From the NCBI GenBank assembly GCA_030248215.1, contig JASANG010000295.1, positions 372,001-436,000 on the forward strand: a stretch of DNA of 64,000 nucleotides, given 5' to 3'. Below, one piece after another: positions 1-64,000 of this stretch (position 1 is its first letter; each line of letters starts with the position of its first letter). The notes under the pieces were generated by a model. That model worked only from the letters and a program-made list of their open reading frames with translations. It was not told the origin of the DNA and ran no database searches. The position numbers and the translations under genes are program-made. The DNA is from Enoplolaimus lenunculus (taxonomy: Eukaryota).

Positions 1-524
1 TGAAACCAATCGTTGGGGTTGAATTAACTGTTGGGGTGAACTCGACCCTAAGCTCTGTGTACCAGTACAGTTATAATCGCAAAATTACTTAACTAACTTA
101 AAAAGTGCTGAACCAAAATGAAAAATTTCGTGCACTTTTTGTTAGGAGTTTTTTGACCGTAAATACTGAAGGTCACACTGGTTTGGTAAATGCATCGTTT
201 GGTAAATCCTTCGGCACAGATATTCCCTACGTACCAGGATACCAGTGTATAAAATTTAAACCAAAGAGGGTCTTTATTACTTGAGCACCAACATGCAAAT
301 TTAACTGGAAATACGCACTTGAGATGCGCGAATCATACGTATGAATGTAAATGGCTTTATTTTACTATATGATAAGCCTACAGCACGTATGTAGGAAAAC
401 AACGTGGCTAAATCTGCTAAAAATACTAACAAAACTTAAGTTTTTTTAATATATCTGAAAATATACATTTCTTTTCAAATTTTTAGCCAAGTTATCCAAA
501 GCACGGACTATATCCAATTTTAAA

Positions 525-50100
<49,576 letters not shown>

Positions 50101-53100
50101 CTGAAACCAAACAACATATAAATAAATAAAGACCAAAAGTTTTCACAAAACATACCAAATCATTTATTCTTTATGGCGGCGAGCTGCAAATTCAGCCCCA
50201 TAACACCCGTTTACTCATTTAATGTTTCCAGCCGGTCATTACTACTATTAACCATAAATCCAAATAGCAATTTGAGAAAACCAACAGAATTCGCAGGTGG
50301 AACGATGCCCTCCTCTTCTTCACTTCATACCTAAAAAGCGGCACCAGATAGCAAAAACTCAGATTTATAACCCGAACCAATTTCTCGAATATTAAAACCA
50401 AATATTTTTTATTTATAATTTATATATATATATATACTATGCATATATATACTCACGAGATAAAAGTGGTGCGTCAGGGCCCGCGGGCGGCACGGAATTG
50501 GCCGTCCGGCGTGGGACAAAATTGGAGGATGAATTTCTCTCGGGTTAGGAAATTCTTAGCTCAAACGTAAAGCTGAATTTTTCTCGGCAAACAGAATATC
50601 TCAACTTTTTATCGTTCTCATAGACTTTTCTGACCCACTGCTTTCTAAATGCAATTTAACACTATAACTACAGAGTGAATAAGTAAAACTCGAGAAAAAT
50701 ACATTAATTGCACAGAAAACATAAAAATTAGTGAAAATTAGTATAAAAATCACTAAAATGCCGTTAATATTTAGTTATACAACTGGTATTTTCGTGAAGC
50801 AGTTGGAAATGGGGTTACGGCTTTTTCATGGGGTCCCACCGGGCGACAAGAAAAAAATCATGCGGGGTGACCCCGCTCCACTTCCATCTTTGACATACTT
50901 CGTGTATCGCGATATGTTTCTGCAATAATATCACGTAGTCGATCTGTGTGTGCTTTCCATACATGAGCAAACGGTTCGTCGAATTTGTGCACCGACTGAA
51001 TGGTCATGCTGTTGTCTTCGCTCAACAGCTAAAAAAACAATGCAATCTGTTATTTATTTTGTTATTTATTTTCTGCTTCCGTAACCAGGTAGCCCAACCA
51101 GATATTAATTTTACCGGATACCGGAACTGGATAGTAATTTTTTTGCCCAGAACCGCATCTTAATCGGATATAGCGTATAATTTGTGTACACCGTTGATAG
51201 TATTTGAGTCGTGCAAAAGTATGCGTTGACTAATTTAAAACCACATTTTTCGCCTGACTTTATAATTTTATTTCATTATGCAAGAGTTACACTTTTTGAC
51301 TTGACCGGAAAGCAGTCGCAGCAAAATGTCCAGTATTTTCACTAGCAAAAATCAGAGTACAGCTGCAACGGCAAATATCATGTATCTGGCCGGTTTATAC
51401 AGGATATGGAAGTCAGGATTACTCTTTCACATATCCGACTTAACGCCGGATTTACGTAATAAAATGGAACCATAACTCCATACTTCAAATTTATGTACCA
51501 CCTAACACCAATTAGCAACAACAGCTTTACCAACGAGACCATCACACCCTGATTGTAACAAGGGGCACAGCCAGAATTTTAGAAAAACGATCATGGTCTC
51601 CAAAAATTTTGAAGGAGGGTTTTATGTTAAAATTACGTACTACCAGAAAAAGTTCCTAAAATCCCAAGGACCAAATCACAAAGCGCAATTCCGAGATAAG
51701 GCTACTGAGATTAAACCCTTCTGGCTACGTCATTGAGTCCACGCTTCAGTTTAGTTTAAATACATACTGAATCAGTTGACCAACTTTAATTACCATCTAA
51801 CGACAGTTGACTTAATTTTTCTGCCATACCAGCCCACATATTTTACTCAGCTCAGTTTCTAAATCTCGACTAAGCCTTAAGCAAATTTGCGCGATTCGTG
51901 AATCGAAAACTTATTACATACAATCAGCCGCGACGATACGATTGAAACATCGTAACTATTAAATACCAGAACCAGCATTCCAAAATGTCTTAGACGTTAT
52001 ATCATTTGGTTATTTTTCGCGAATTCGTTTTTCATTCACAGAAACTCATTCTCATCGTACCTTTAAACTACGAAAAATACCATACGTACATAGAACCAAC
52101 TTGTGCTTTTACAACTGACTGACACCCTACATTCATCCAACAGTGTACAGCGGAAGCGGATTTAGGCTCATATTGCCTTTGTGATTTTTGTTCAAGGACA
52201 TTTAGGAACAGTTTCAGTTAGTATCCCTACTGGCTACACCTTTGTCCTACACAAAGCATTTCGTTAGAAGACCTCATATATACACAACTAATAAACAAAG
52301 ATGCAAACTCTAAGAATATTATATTTATAGTAACACCACACCAAGCTACATAAATAACCATAAAGCATTAAATATACGCCGTGAATTTTATTAAACTCAT
52401 GAATAGTTAATATAAGGTTTAAACACTAAAAGGTTTCAACATCAATCAAGGACAATCATTTCATTAAGTATACTAAAGCATGTATCCGAAGTTTTGTACA
52501 GGTTCGCTTCTGGGCAATATTGTCAAACACACATTTTTTCACGAAACCATAGAAATATAGCGCAACACAGATTACGTATTCCGCAGCTGACATTTGTCTA
52601 AAAATGGTCGTCGTTTGAAATTTTTTTACACATTTGAGCTTTTCATAACATACACTGATCATTCCACTACAAAATTTGAATTTTTTAACAATCAATTTTC
52701 TGGGATCCTGAGTTCCCCCTTGTGACCGATGTAGAACTGACGAAAGTTTTAATCGCACTTCGGGGGTGTTGAGGTAAATGGTGTTAAATTTTCTACAATC
52801 ACCAATCGCACAACTGGCCACACACGGTGGACTGATAACTAATTTGACATCGTGTCGAATCTATGAAGAGCACCGAATCGGTAATTTTGACCATGACTTG
52901 CGAACGGATTGATAGATTGCCAAAAAATTTAACACCGTATAACTCAGCTCAGCACGCTACATCATCGTATGGTATATAAATTAGTGAAATTTTTCGACAA
53001 AAGTTTCATCCGTGCCAAGGAAGGAAGGACCTTTAGAAATTCAAAAAAAATTCAAATTTTTATGTATAAAATTTTGACATGGAATTGTTTCTAACCCGCA

Positions 53101-53638
53101 AAAGATGACGAAGTTGCTCAAAATAACACGACTACAGAAATGAAGCTACTCCAGCAATGTTCGCACCCAAGTATGTGTAACATTATTTTTTGTGCCTCAA
53201 TTTCTTACCTTTCCCGTTTATTTACAATTTCTGGCAATTGTTGTTAACGTGAACGGTTTTTTTCGGTCTATCTCGACCTTTACTATTCCATTACATGCGA
53301 CATACCGCTTCCCCGACTAAAACCTGTCATGACCCCTCCACGACTATTACGGCCCCTAATCTACCCGTCATAGCAATCATTTATGAATAATCTAGAGCAC
53401 AAATTACGTACATATCATACGTACACATAGATGAAATTCAAATTCTGTATAAAATAATAAACTAATTATTCAAAAATTGATATGATGTCCGCGAGACTAT
53501 GAAATAAAACATTGAGCAAACATTTTGCTTTATCACGATAACTTGAAAACAACTTGGCTTAATATAGCTTATCACTCTCTCGTAGCGGTTAGGTTCAAAG
53601 GCGTAGCCAGAACAAGACATTTCCGGGGACACGCCCCC

Positions 53639-54426
53639 AAAGGTGCAATCGGAATTACGATTCCGATTAGAATTCCGATTCAAAATGAGTTCCGATTCCG
53701 ATTGCGCAATCAATCGGAATCGGAATTTTGGCATTTTAATTTCAATCGTACTTGTTGTGATATGTTGCATAACCAGTCGTAGTGGGACTACATGTATTGA
53801 GCGAAACTTGAACACACTTACGCAAGTAAGCTATTATGCAAATTAGTTATTAACTAACTATTCATTTATCGGTTTTGGAGGTTTGTAAACAGTTTGTTCA
53901 GATTCCTCACTCCCAAAAACCCTTCAGTAACTTTAATAATTAGTGAAATATTGCAAAAAGGCCTAATTTAGGCTTATCAATTATCCTGTTATACAAATCA
54001 GCTATTAGCAAACTATTAAATTATCGGTTTTGACGGTTCTTAGACAATTTATTTAGATTCCTCGCACCGAAGAACCCTTTATTGCTCAAATTAGATTGCG
54101 TGTAACCCTAATAATTAGTAAAATATCTTAAAAAGTCCCAATTTAGGCTTAACCAATTATGCAAATTAGCCTGTAGCTAATAAACGGCTTAAAATTTTAA
54201 AGCACTAATGTGAGATTAACACCACATGATGACAGGCTTTCAAACACAAAATTTTTATCAAATCGGTTCAGCGGTTCCTGAGATTCTTTTCGGACGGACG
54301 AACAGACGGACTATGGTTGTTAATACAAATTATCCGTATAGTCACAGAATTTGTAATTCCAATTCCGTTATAAATTTGCTGTTCCGATTTCAATTTCGGT
54401 ATAATGTAGTTTCACTTTGCACCGTA
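53639..54426. mobile_element. hAT-like MITE (TTCCGA-rich family) carrying a reverse-oriented HINE-like insert at 53772-54311
   Basis: TSD acgccccc/acgccgcc; insert starts accagtcgtagtgggactac (reverse complement of 17664-17683) and ends in (GGAC)n. Confidence 0.75.
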
Positions 54427-55776
54427 ACGCCGCCCTTCGGGATTTTGGTAAAACAAGCTTTTAGATACTTTTTCAGTAGGGAAGTGCCGATTAATCGGCA
54501 TCGGTAATAATCGGCACTTTTCGTGAGTATCGGCATCGGCACTGCAAAAAAAATTGCCGATTCTTTGGCGGTACTTTTTGCAAATATACCAGTCAGTTGG
54601 AATGCTAAATTTATTCCATTGATAAACTATTTTCTGCGACTTAACCACAATTAGTTTCTAAACTCTCTCTCAAAACTACGTTCAAAAAGGTATAAAAGTT
54701 TTCGACTGATGCTACTTCCTCGTATGATACACACAAATCTACACCCCATTCCAATCGTACACAAACTTTAACTGTTTGAAAAAATTTATTCTGTGTAATT
54801 GTATCGTCGTATATAATTATAAAAATTGTTACATTTGTGACTTACCCACCATTACATATGTATATATGTAACCCAAAGCCAAAATCATTTAAAAATGAAT
54901 GGAACCGCGTCAAGCGTCATCAGACCGTTCGACCTTCTTCTGACTGACATTCACACAAATCTCAATCCCATTCCTCCAACTAACTTTAATTTTTTGATAC
55001 AATTTATTCTGTTTAATTGCATCGCCGTGCACAATTGTAAATTTGTTCCATCGATACGTTTTCAATACCGATATCGCAGCGAGGCTGATTTGCTCGAGGG
55101 TTGGAATTGTACGTGCGAACGTCGGAAACCGCTTTTTATCGGATACTTCGAAATCAAGGCATTTCTAAAACAGTAAACAAATATATTTTACGGCGAAGAT
55201 TACACAACCCAGCCGAGGGCATTTTGTTCTACGACATACATACATACATATCGTATATACGTAAATGTATATAAATTATAAGTCTTCTAACAGTATCACA
55301 TCAAATACAATACGTATATAATGGACTCCCCAAAATCTCTTGTGGTCCACCCTGTCTCAAACGCACACCGACGCCATCGTCTGTAAAAAACACGCTTGAT
55401 ACCAACGCCGTAACCTGGAGTATCATAGGTAAACTCCTTGAGCTATTTTACCCTTCGATCCCTAATGTTTTCAGACATCCTCGGAACTTGATTACTGAAA
55501 CAAGTCTAATTATTACAACACGGTATCTATGCGAAGTTGTTGAATAAAAACGATACAGTCATCTTAATTTGCACCGACCAAATTTTTAATTCCGGTAAAA
55601 ATCAACGAAAGGGGCAGTGGTTTACCCCTAGAAAAATTAAGGAGAGGCTCAGTCTCCCTGGAAATATTATGACCCCCTTAGAATATTTAGTCCAAAGGTG
55701 AAATTAAACTGTACAATTCAGTTTCGAATACGATAAAATTTAAAATTTAAACTCAAAATGCCACATTTTGAGTTTA

Positions 55777-56002
55777 GCGTTAACCCTAGGTTAACGCGGT
55801 GCAAATTAAGCAGCCACACACATATAAATAAAGTGTGTGTTAGATATAAATGTATATAGAGGGTAAATTTTGCGTTAACCCTACCCTAACGCATGTCACA
55901 AAGTGCTCTGTGACAAGCGTTAGGGTAGGGTTAACAGAAAAAAAGTGTTAGGGTAGGGTTAACGCGTGACAAATTTTAAATTTGTCACGCGTTAACCCTA
56001 CC
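55777..56002. repeat. Cluster of three palindromes built on a GTTAACCCTA core
   Basis: 55777-55797, 55874-55935 and 55952-56002 (25-bp perfect arms, 1-nt spacer). Confidence 0.85.
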
Positions 56003-59000
56003 TTATGACACATTTTGTGGCACGCTTTAAAATTATATTGTGAACGGCGCATTATTAGCATGTAACCAAATTTTGAAATTTCACTATAAAATTCAAAGTC
56101 CGTACAAAGCTGAGTCCTGCCGCAACAGTCCCAGTGTTTTTCTTTCGAAAATTTCCAAAATATTCCCAATTCACATATGTCAAGTCCGCCGGCAAAAAAC
56201 CGGATACCGGAACCTGATGCGGATAGTGGTTGTTTACCGGAACCGGATGTTAACCGGATAGTGTGTTTTTAAAATATATCATTTTAGCTCGTTAACGCGT
56301 CGGTAAATTTTAATTTATCTTTAGTGAACGGAATATTGCGTTTATATAAGGAGCGTGTCCTAATACTTGAAATTAATTGTGTGAAGCTGCAAATAATTGG
56401 TTTGTTTCGATAATAAAATCCGAATCGCTGCCTTAACCATATGCAAAAAGTACTGCTTTAAACCAATACTGTATACTTACATGTGACGGGACTGAAAACA
56501 TAACATCTCACCATATAATTTGCAATAATTTGAGATTTACGAAATCATCAGCGAAATCCAGCATCCGGCAGATGTATACCAGATATAGGAACCGGAAGCG
56601 GGTTTTTGCCGGATAGTAAACAGAAGCCGGATATCCGGTCGCACCCTGGTAATAGCATAATTTATTAGCCTATTAGGACTTTTTACAATCTTTCACTAAT
56701 TTTTAGGGTTACAAGCAATCTAATTTCACCAATACACCCCTTCGATGTTTATTTATGTAACATAACCACATCCCCATTTTTCCAACTCCCTGACTGCACA
56801 GGACGCATCTGGTTGCTGCTACAAAGAAATATTAAAATGTATATATCACCCCTCACTACTTCATAATATTAAGAAAATAACGAACCCTCCTTGTACATAA
56901 CTTGTTCTGTATTACCATATATATAGTCCACCGCCGCCAATTCTACTTCAGCAAATCTCCGCCTGATTTACTGCATTTGTTTTTGTACGAACGAACGAGC
57001 GAACAAATTTCACATGTACCTTCAAGTTCGACGTGGGTATGTAAAACTTCTAACTTCCCTCGCTGGATATCTTAGCGAACAAAAACAGGATGACAAAATT
57101 TTAACCAAAACAAAATTAAAGAAAAACATCGCAGGAAGACGAAATATACAAGCGCAGAATATAGTTTCATAACGACACAAGAGTAACGACACGATGATAG
57201 TTGAAAAGCTGTGATTCCGTGTTTAACATTCGCTAAAGAAAGTAAAGAAAATAAATTAAGTAAGATCATTTTATTTTACTTAACGTTTTGTCTATGAAAA
57301 AACTAAATAAACACTGGCGAACCGCAGGGATGGTCGGTCCCGAGACCGGCATTGAAAAGTCTCGGTCTCATTCAATATTTGGTCATCAGTGGAAAAAATT
57401 AAAATTTTCAAACTAAATTGTTTTTAATGCATTTTACCCCTAAAATTATCACAAAATATTCTGAGTTGAAAAATCGGCATCTGGTACCGGTAATCTCGCT
57501 TACCAAATTTCAAGCACTGTAAAACACAACATGAACAGCGTTTCGTTTATGGATGACATAACTTACTTAATCAGGAACGTCAAATACACATACTAAACGA
57601 ACGGGATGCAACAAAAATTCAAGTTCCGGCCAGGAAATCTGGTACTTTTCTCTGTCCGGTTCCGGTATGAAAGCCGGTATTTTGATCGCAATATCTGTTA
57701 TTCTCGGTATTAACAATTCGCAGTTTTAAAAGCTAAAATTAAACTTGCGTAATAAACTTCAACATTTCGAGCTAATCAGTACGTAAAGGGCGCTACCAAA
57801 TCTAGAAATTTCACGGAATTTTTTCAAAGTTCTCTAGGCCTTCAATTCACATAAAAGCAGTAGTTGTCTCATGGCAACATATTTGATGCCAAATCTTTGA
57901 AAAGACGCTACGGTGCGCTAAAAATTAATTTTTCGGTAAATTACTTTTTTCAGTATAGGTATATCCTGTTCCGGTGGAAACTCCTGTATTCATTTCAATT
58001 TCCCGTTCCGATTCCGTTTCCGAAATTTGGAAATTTTGGTTGCACCGTGATACTGAAACCTCTTACGTACAGATTTGTAAAAACGAATAAGCAACACTTC
58101 TAGTTACTTAACCGGACTTACCTAACAAAATCACACTTATATTATTACTAATCAAAGAATGTTTTGATATCCGCTTCGGGTCCTGCCATCTACTCTGAAA
58201 AATAATGCCTTTAACATCCGATCGCACCCCGAACCCGGAACAAAAGCAATTCTTAGACCAAAGGCCAGCTCGACATGCTAGGGAAAGGCAAAAAGTTCAA
58301 GAGGGACCTGCGAAAATTTCACAAGACTAATAAATATACATGCGAGCTAAACTTTTTGGGTTCCAAAACTTTTCCAGGAGTGCCGAACACCGCTACTAGG
58401 CCCCTCCTGCTATGGGTCCGCCCTTTGTTCATTTAACTCTACACATTTGAAAATTAATACCCCCGGCTTAAATCGAAGTAAGTATACAAATTATTTCAAA
58501 ATTGAATATTAATACTTTCCCCGCATCAGCCGTATAATTATTACTAAACTACTCTGACGGGTATTTTCAAGTTTTAATACACAGTAGGCGATATATAGGC
58601 AGACATTGCTTGCTTACTCTTTCGTATAAATATGACACTATCACAACTATGAAACGCACAACAATGAATAAATACTCATTATGCGACTGGAAGGGGCTCC
58701 ATACAAGCAACTAATTACCTTAAAGATAAATATATCAACAACCTTAAACTACGCATGGTTCCTGTTACTACAAATACAAGGGGGCCATTCAGGCCTTGCC
58801 TCGTAACAAGGACCAAAACTAAAATTTTGTAATTAGATCTAGTACTAAAATTGTGTTTCACTTGTTGCTCGTTCGGCTTGGCAGCTTTTTTGCACTATTA
58901 TATCTACGTCCTGTGTGGCAGAAAAATTTGATCCAGCCAGAGTTGTTTAGTCCATAAGACCAGAAAAGGAGGCATCACACCAGCAATGAAATACTTTCAA

Positions 59001-60722
59001 AATATATACATCAAACATTAGGATAATAAATTTCCTACTATGGTCGATACTGAGAGTACCAATCAGTTACCCAACACTTATATAAACGCATCAACCACAA
59101 TAATTAAGGGACTCGAACTACGATATTTCACAATTAATCATTTCATTTGTAACATTTGTTTTGTAGAATGAGCTACACAGCTGCGAACGCTTAAAAACTG
59201 TAGGTTGCGTAAAATGCTCATAACCCTAATCCAGAAACTGTTTAAACATTGTACCTCCATAATTTTCAATCGTATAAACATTGTTTATCTAAATTCATCC
59301 CAAATTCCATAAACGACACCGAAATTCTCGTCTCTACGATGTTGCCTGCCCAAACCAAACCTCGAGCTCAACCAAGACTTTCCCCCCAACACTACACACG
59401 TATTATATACATACGTATATGAGCCTGCTGCATTTCATTAAAAACTCAACTTTACGGATTCCCTGAATATAACTACAGCATACACTGTTTCAGTAGCGTG
59501 GACCATCGTCATGATTTCATTGCTGTACTGAACGAATAATCTTGCAGCTCGATTTCGAGTATATTTAAGCATCGTATCCAATCCCCGCAGAAATGTAATT
59601 TCTTTCAATTCATCAAAACAAGTACGTATCTCTAAGCATTCAAATTTTGCACATATTAAATTTTGAACTTGTCCCGAGAATTACCAGACTGAGTTGATGT
59701 ATACTTGTTATTGAAAATAATCATATCTTCAGATGCCAATAGTGACATTTCATTAATCAATCGATCACAATGTCGTAGCACAAGTTGCAAATATATATTT
59801 TGCCAAGAACTTATCTTCATTAAGTCGCTAAATCTTAGAAAATTTTCCAAGTCGCTCAAACTTTCAATACTGCTATATTTCAGCTATTACGATTACAATT
59901 GCGTAAAATACTTACGTAATAAACCATAGCTACCAGATGCCATCACAGATGGCGTATTGGCGCTCTCAGTACTCGAAATATTTTGTTGTTAGTTTACTAG
60001 GAAAAATAAATGATGCCCACCGTCGCCCCCAAAATATCTTCGGGACCGTCAGTCACAGACACTTAGACATAGGACCGTATTCTCAAATGCGAATAGCATC
60101 TATCACTAGTTAGCGATACGTTTTGAAACTGCCGAACCTCAGCCATTGCGGATCTAAAAATCTGTACAAAAGTAGGACAAATCAAATGCGAAAATTGTGC
60201 TGAATTTCGAACCTCATCATGTACTGTTTCGAAAGGTCCAAGACCTATCACCAACTGGTGACAGGTTATACACACATTTGAGAAGACGGGCCCTAATCAT
60301 ATGTAATAATTCCAAATATAATGTTTACACGGACGTAAACAGGATGTTGCAAAGAACGGACTACGTTCGTTCAAAATTTCACTGGGTGGGATTGATTTTG
60401 GAGTCTCACGTCACAAAAGAAGTCCTTAAAAGCATTGGACAAAAACTACAAGCGGGGGCTGACCCCTAAACAACCCCTCCCTCTGAATGCCCTTGAATTT
60501 ATATACGAATATTTCGCACTGACAACTCAAAATATTTTTCTAAACTGCCGTATAAAATCTATCAAATACGATCACATGTCTAGAAGCGCCGCCAATCGAC
60601 AACGTCAGACTTAATTTTTATTTTAATTTATTACAAAACTGCAAATGGGGGTGAGAAAAAGTTGACAGTCATCATGAAGATCTACAACACTTCTGAAATG
60701 AGCCCAAGACAAACACCAATAT

Positions 60723-60798
60723 TTTAACCGGGAATCGAAACAAACACAAAACTCGACGTTTTATATTCAAGAGTCCACCGCTTTAACCACTGCAACGC
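60723..60798 (-). mobile_element. Degenerate tRNA-derived SINE head or tRNA pseudogene
   Basis: Minus strand reads gcagtggttaaagcggtggactc...gtttcgattcccgg, resembling Pol III A and B boxes; no clean cloverleaf. Confidence 0.4.
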
Positions 60799-62706
60799 AT
60801 GTCATATATGCACAGTGCGCAAACGGAATAACCGAACCTGAACTGGTTCAAAATATACAATTTGAATCATCACAAGGAAGTTTTATGCAAAAATATATAG
60901 AATAACCGGAATACCCGAATACGAATACAACGCCAACCAACTAACCACCAACGAAGTGTCATACCGCAATCATTCACAGAATACCAATGAAAACGCGCCA
61001 TTTTCCGCAAGGTATTTATTGGGTAAAGCCCGGCGAATTTGCTCACAAAAAATATATTTTGCCTACAAAAAGTATTTTTTGCCGAACGTACGCCCAGTCG
61101 TTCAAGGATACACCGAACGTTTTTGGATCCGAAAACTGACCAGTTGGTTTATCTTGACTTTTATAAACGAAATAAGCGTAGCTTTCATTTTAAGATTCTA
61201 TGTTTTTTCAATTCACGATCGAGCCTATATTCGCGTTTTTGTAAACGATAACGATATTCAAATTCTTTTGTTACGTTACAGAATGCGGGCAAACGTTTTC
61301 AACATATTATGCTTCCCTACTATATGTTTCATTTAATACTGCAATTGTGGCAAAATCGTAAAAGTCTTCGAACATTTCCCGTACGCAGTTTCTATATGAT
61401 ACGCTCTGCAAACCGTGTAGTATATCTAGCGGCCTGAACGAACAATGGGTTCAGGTCTGATTTTGAAAAACCCAGCCCACATACATCGAATTAAAAACAA
61501 ACCCTGCTCACCCAAACCTACCAACTCGCCCTTTCGTTGTTATCCATTGCCAAATCAGACCCCACTAATATGTATACTGAAGAGACTATTTTTTCAACAT
61601 GTGCACCCAGACCCTTACTTAGCGCGAAGAATTTTTGAGCTAAAATACAAAGGAACACGCCGAATATCCAGATCCAGCTCTACCATTCAACAATGAACTG
61701 GACAAAACTCAATGATTCATAGACCTGTACAACAGACAACTCTTTTTCATCTAACCTACCATAATGAAGGCGAAACTTTTAACCGGACGTGAATTTTAAA
61801 TGAACATCCGGATCAGGGTTGGAACGAGCCTGCGTCAAAACTGTGGTCCCACGAGCCGAAATAAATCGGAGCAGTGCGTGACATCTTTTTGTCCCATGAG
61901 CCCATGAAATTGGCTGCTGGTTTAATATTATAATACCGTTTAAATACGCATTTTTGAACCGTAATTTCTTTCAATTTTCATAAATACTGCGATCATGGCG
62001 CAGCAAGGATTTTTAAAAGTAGGGCTACGTTCTGCAAAAATGTCGAATGAGAGTTTCTTGAGTTCCTAAATAGCAATCATTTGCACCTACACAGATGTAA
62101 AAAAAAATTGTAGTCCACTGTGCTAACAAGCGAGCTTGTTGGTTATCTAGAATGTTGAGCTGCAGACGTTTCTGCTGCTACTTCAAAAAAATCTGTTAAT
62201 TACTCGCATGAAAACACAGTACTACTTCTATTGTTATCCAAGCTCACTTACTCGACGCGGGCTTGAAATACAAGCGATTACGGAAGAGTGTAAGCGGCAT
62301 TTTTGTGAAGGTAAGGTGGCAACATAGTAACCGGGACTCATAGCCTTTTGCATCTGTCTGTCGTTGGAGGTCATTCGGCAAAATTGAAAAAGCCGAATCG
62401 AACAATGTTCTGCAATACGTATATGTTTGAATTTTCAAACAATAAAAATTTTAAATAACTTCTAATATAAATTAATATTTTTGTTTCCGGTGACAAATCT
62501 TAGATATGAGGCACGGCGCGAAATAATTGCGTTTGCGAAAACATAGATTATTAGTTGGAATACTAAATGTCATTAGTTTTTTTGCAGGTCGGAAAACAAC
62601 GCTACAATTTTACTAAGTTTTGGCTTTGCGTTGGTATTCCTAAAACAATCGATCTATATATCACAAATTTGCAAAATGCAAGTCTCCGATTCGCATTCAA
62701 AACATT

Positions 62707-64000
62707 AGCAATGAATGAAAACTCGGTACCACTCTGAATGCTACCCCACCATTTACCAACTCAGTCACACACCGCAATAATACACAGAACGCCAGCAATG
62801 AATGAAAATTCGGTACCACTCTGAATGCTACCCCACCATTTGCCAACTCAGTCACACACCGCAATAATACACAGAACGCCAGCAATGAATGAAAATTCGG
62901 TACCACTCTGAATGCTACCCCACCATTTACCAACTCAGTCACACACCGCAATAATACACAGAACGCCAGCAATGAATGAAAATTCGGTACCATTCTGAAT
63001 GCTACCCCACCATTTACCAACTCAGTCACACACCGCAATAATACACAGAACGCCAGCAATGAATGAAAATTCGGTACCATTGTGAATGCTACCCCACCAT
63101 TTGCCAACTCAGTCACACACCGCAATAATACACAGAACGCCAGCAATGAATGAAAATTCGGTACCACTCTGAATGCTACCCCACCATTTGCCAACTCAGT
63201 GACACACCGCAATAATACACAGAACGCCGGCAATGAATGAAAATTCGGTACCACTCTGAATGCTACCCCACCATTTGCCAACTCAGTGACACACCGCAAT
63301 AATACACAGAACGCCGGCAATGAATGAAAACTCGGTACCACTCTGAATGCTACCCCACCATTTACCAACTCAGTCACACACCGCAATAATACACAGAACG
63401 CCAGCAATGAATGAAAACTCGGTACCACTCTGAATGCTACCCCACCATTTACCAACTCAGTCACACACCGCAATAATACACAGAACGCCAGCAATGAATG
63501 AAAATTCGGTACCACTCTGAATGCTACCCCACCATTTGCCAACTCAGTCACACACCGCAATAATACACAGAACGCCAGCAATGAATGAAAATTCGGTACC
63601 ACTCTGAATGCTACCCCACCATTTACCAACTCAGTCACACACCGCAATAATACACAGAACGCCAGCAATGAATGAAAATTGGTACCATTCTGAATGCTAC
63701 CCCACCATTTACCAACTCAGTCACAAACCGCAATAATACACACAACGCCAGCAATGAATGAAAATTCGGTACCACTCTGAATGCTACCCCACCATTTGCC
63801 AACTCAGTCACACACCGCAATAATACACAGAACGCCAGCAATGAATGAAAATTCGGTACCACTCTGAATGCTACCCCACCATAGACACACGAACAGGGAG
63901 AAGGACGGAATTACCAACTCAGTCACACACCGCAATAATACACAGAACGCCAGCAATGAATGAAAATTCGGTACCATTCTGAATGCTACCCCACCATTTG
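62707..64000. repeat. 87-bp tandem array (about 15 copies, runs off window edge)
   Basis: Unit agcaatgaatgaaaattcggtaccactctgaatgctaccccaccatttaccaactcagtcacacaccgcaataatacacagaacgcc, near-identical copies. Confidence 0.97.

Noticed and set aside
62707..64000. CRISPR-like array
   Set aside because: Units are contiguous and near-identical with no unique spacers; eukaryotic context and no cas genes

Overview
AT-rich, repeat-laden animal (invertebrate) genomic DNA, not prokaryotic. The window is occupied by the 3' part of one large, intron-rich, minus-strand receptor-type guanylyl cyclase gene, most similar in motifs to the Gyc76C/NPR type. I traced 20 consecutive GT-AG exons by hand from 50100 down to 11156, with consistent phases. 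They encode the C-terminal half of the ANF-type ectodomain, the TM helix, the kinase-homology domain, the coiled coil and an intact cyclase domain (877 codons). The signal peptide and N-terminal exons lie beyond the window. The last cyclase exon ends in phase 1. It can splice in frame either to a short terminal exon (8441-8341, 33 aa) or to a single 4.4-kb terminal exon (4972-525). The long exon adds about 1,480 low-complexity residues with a 54-Q tract, PKA/PKG-type sites and a PDZ-like end. The introns contain many non-autonomous DNA transposons: hAT-type MITEs with 8-bp TSDs, a family with 7-bp TSDs, a Harbinger-like MITE and Helitron/Helentron-type elements nested in MITEs. They also contain microsatellites, palindromes and an 87-bp tandem array at the right edge. 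All splice models are inferred from sequence only.
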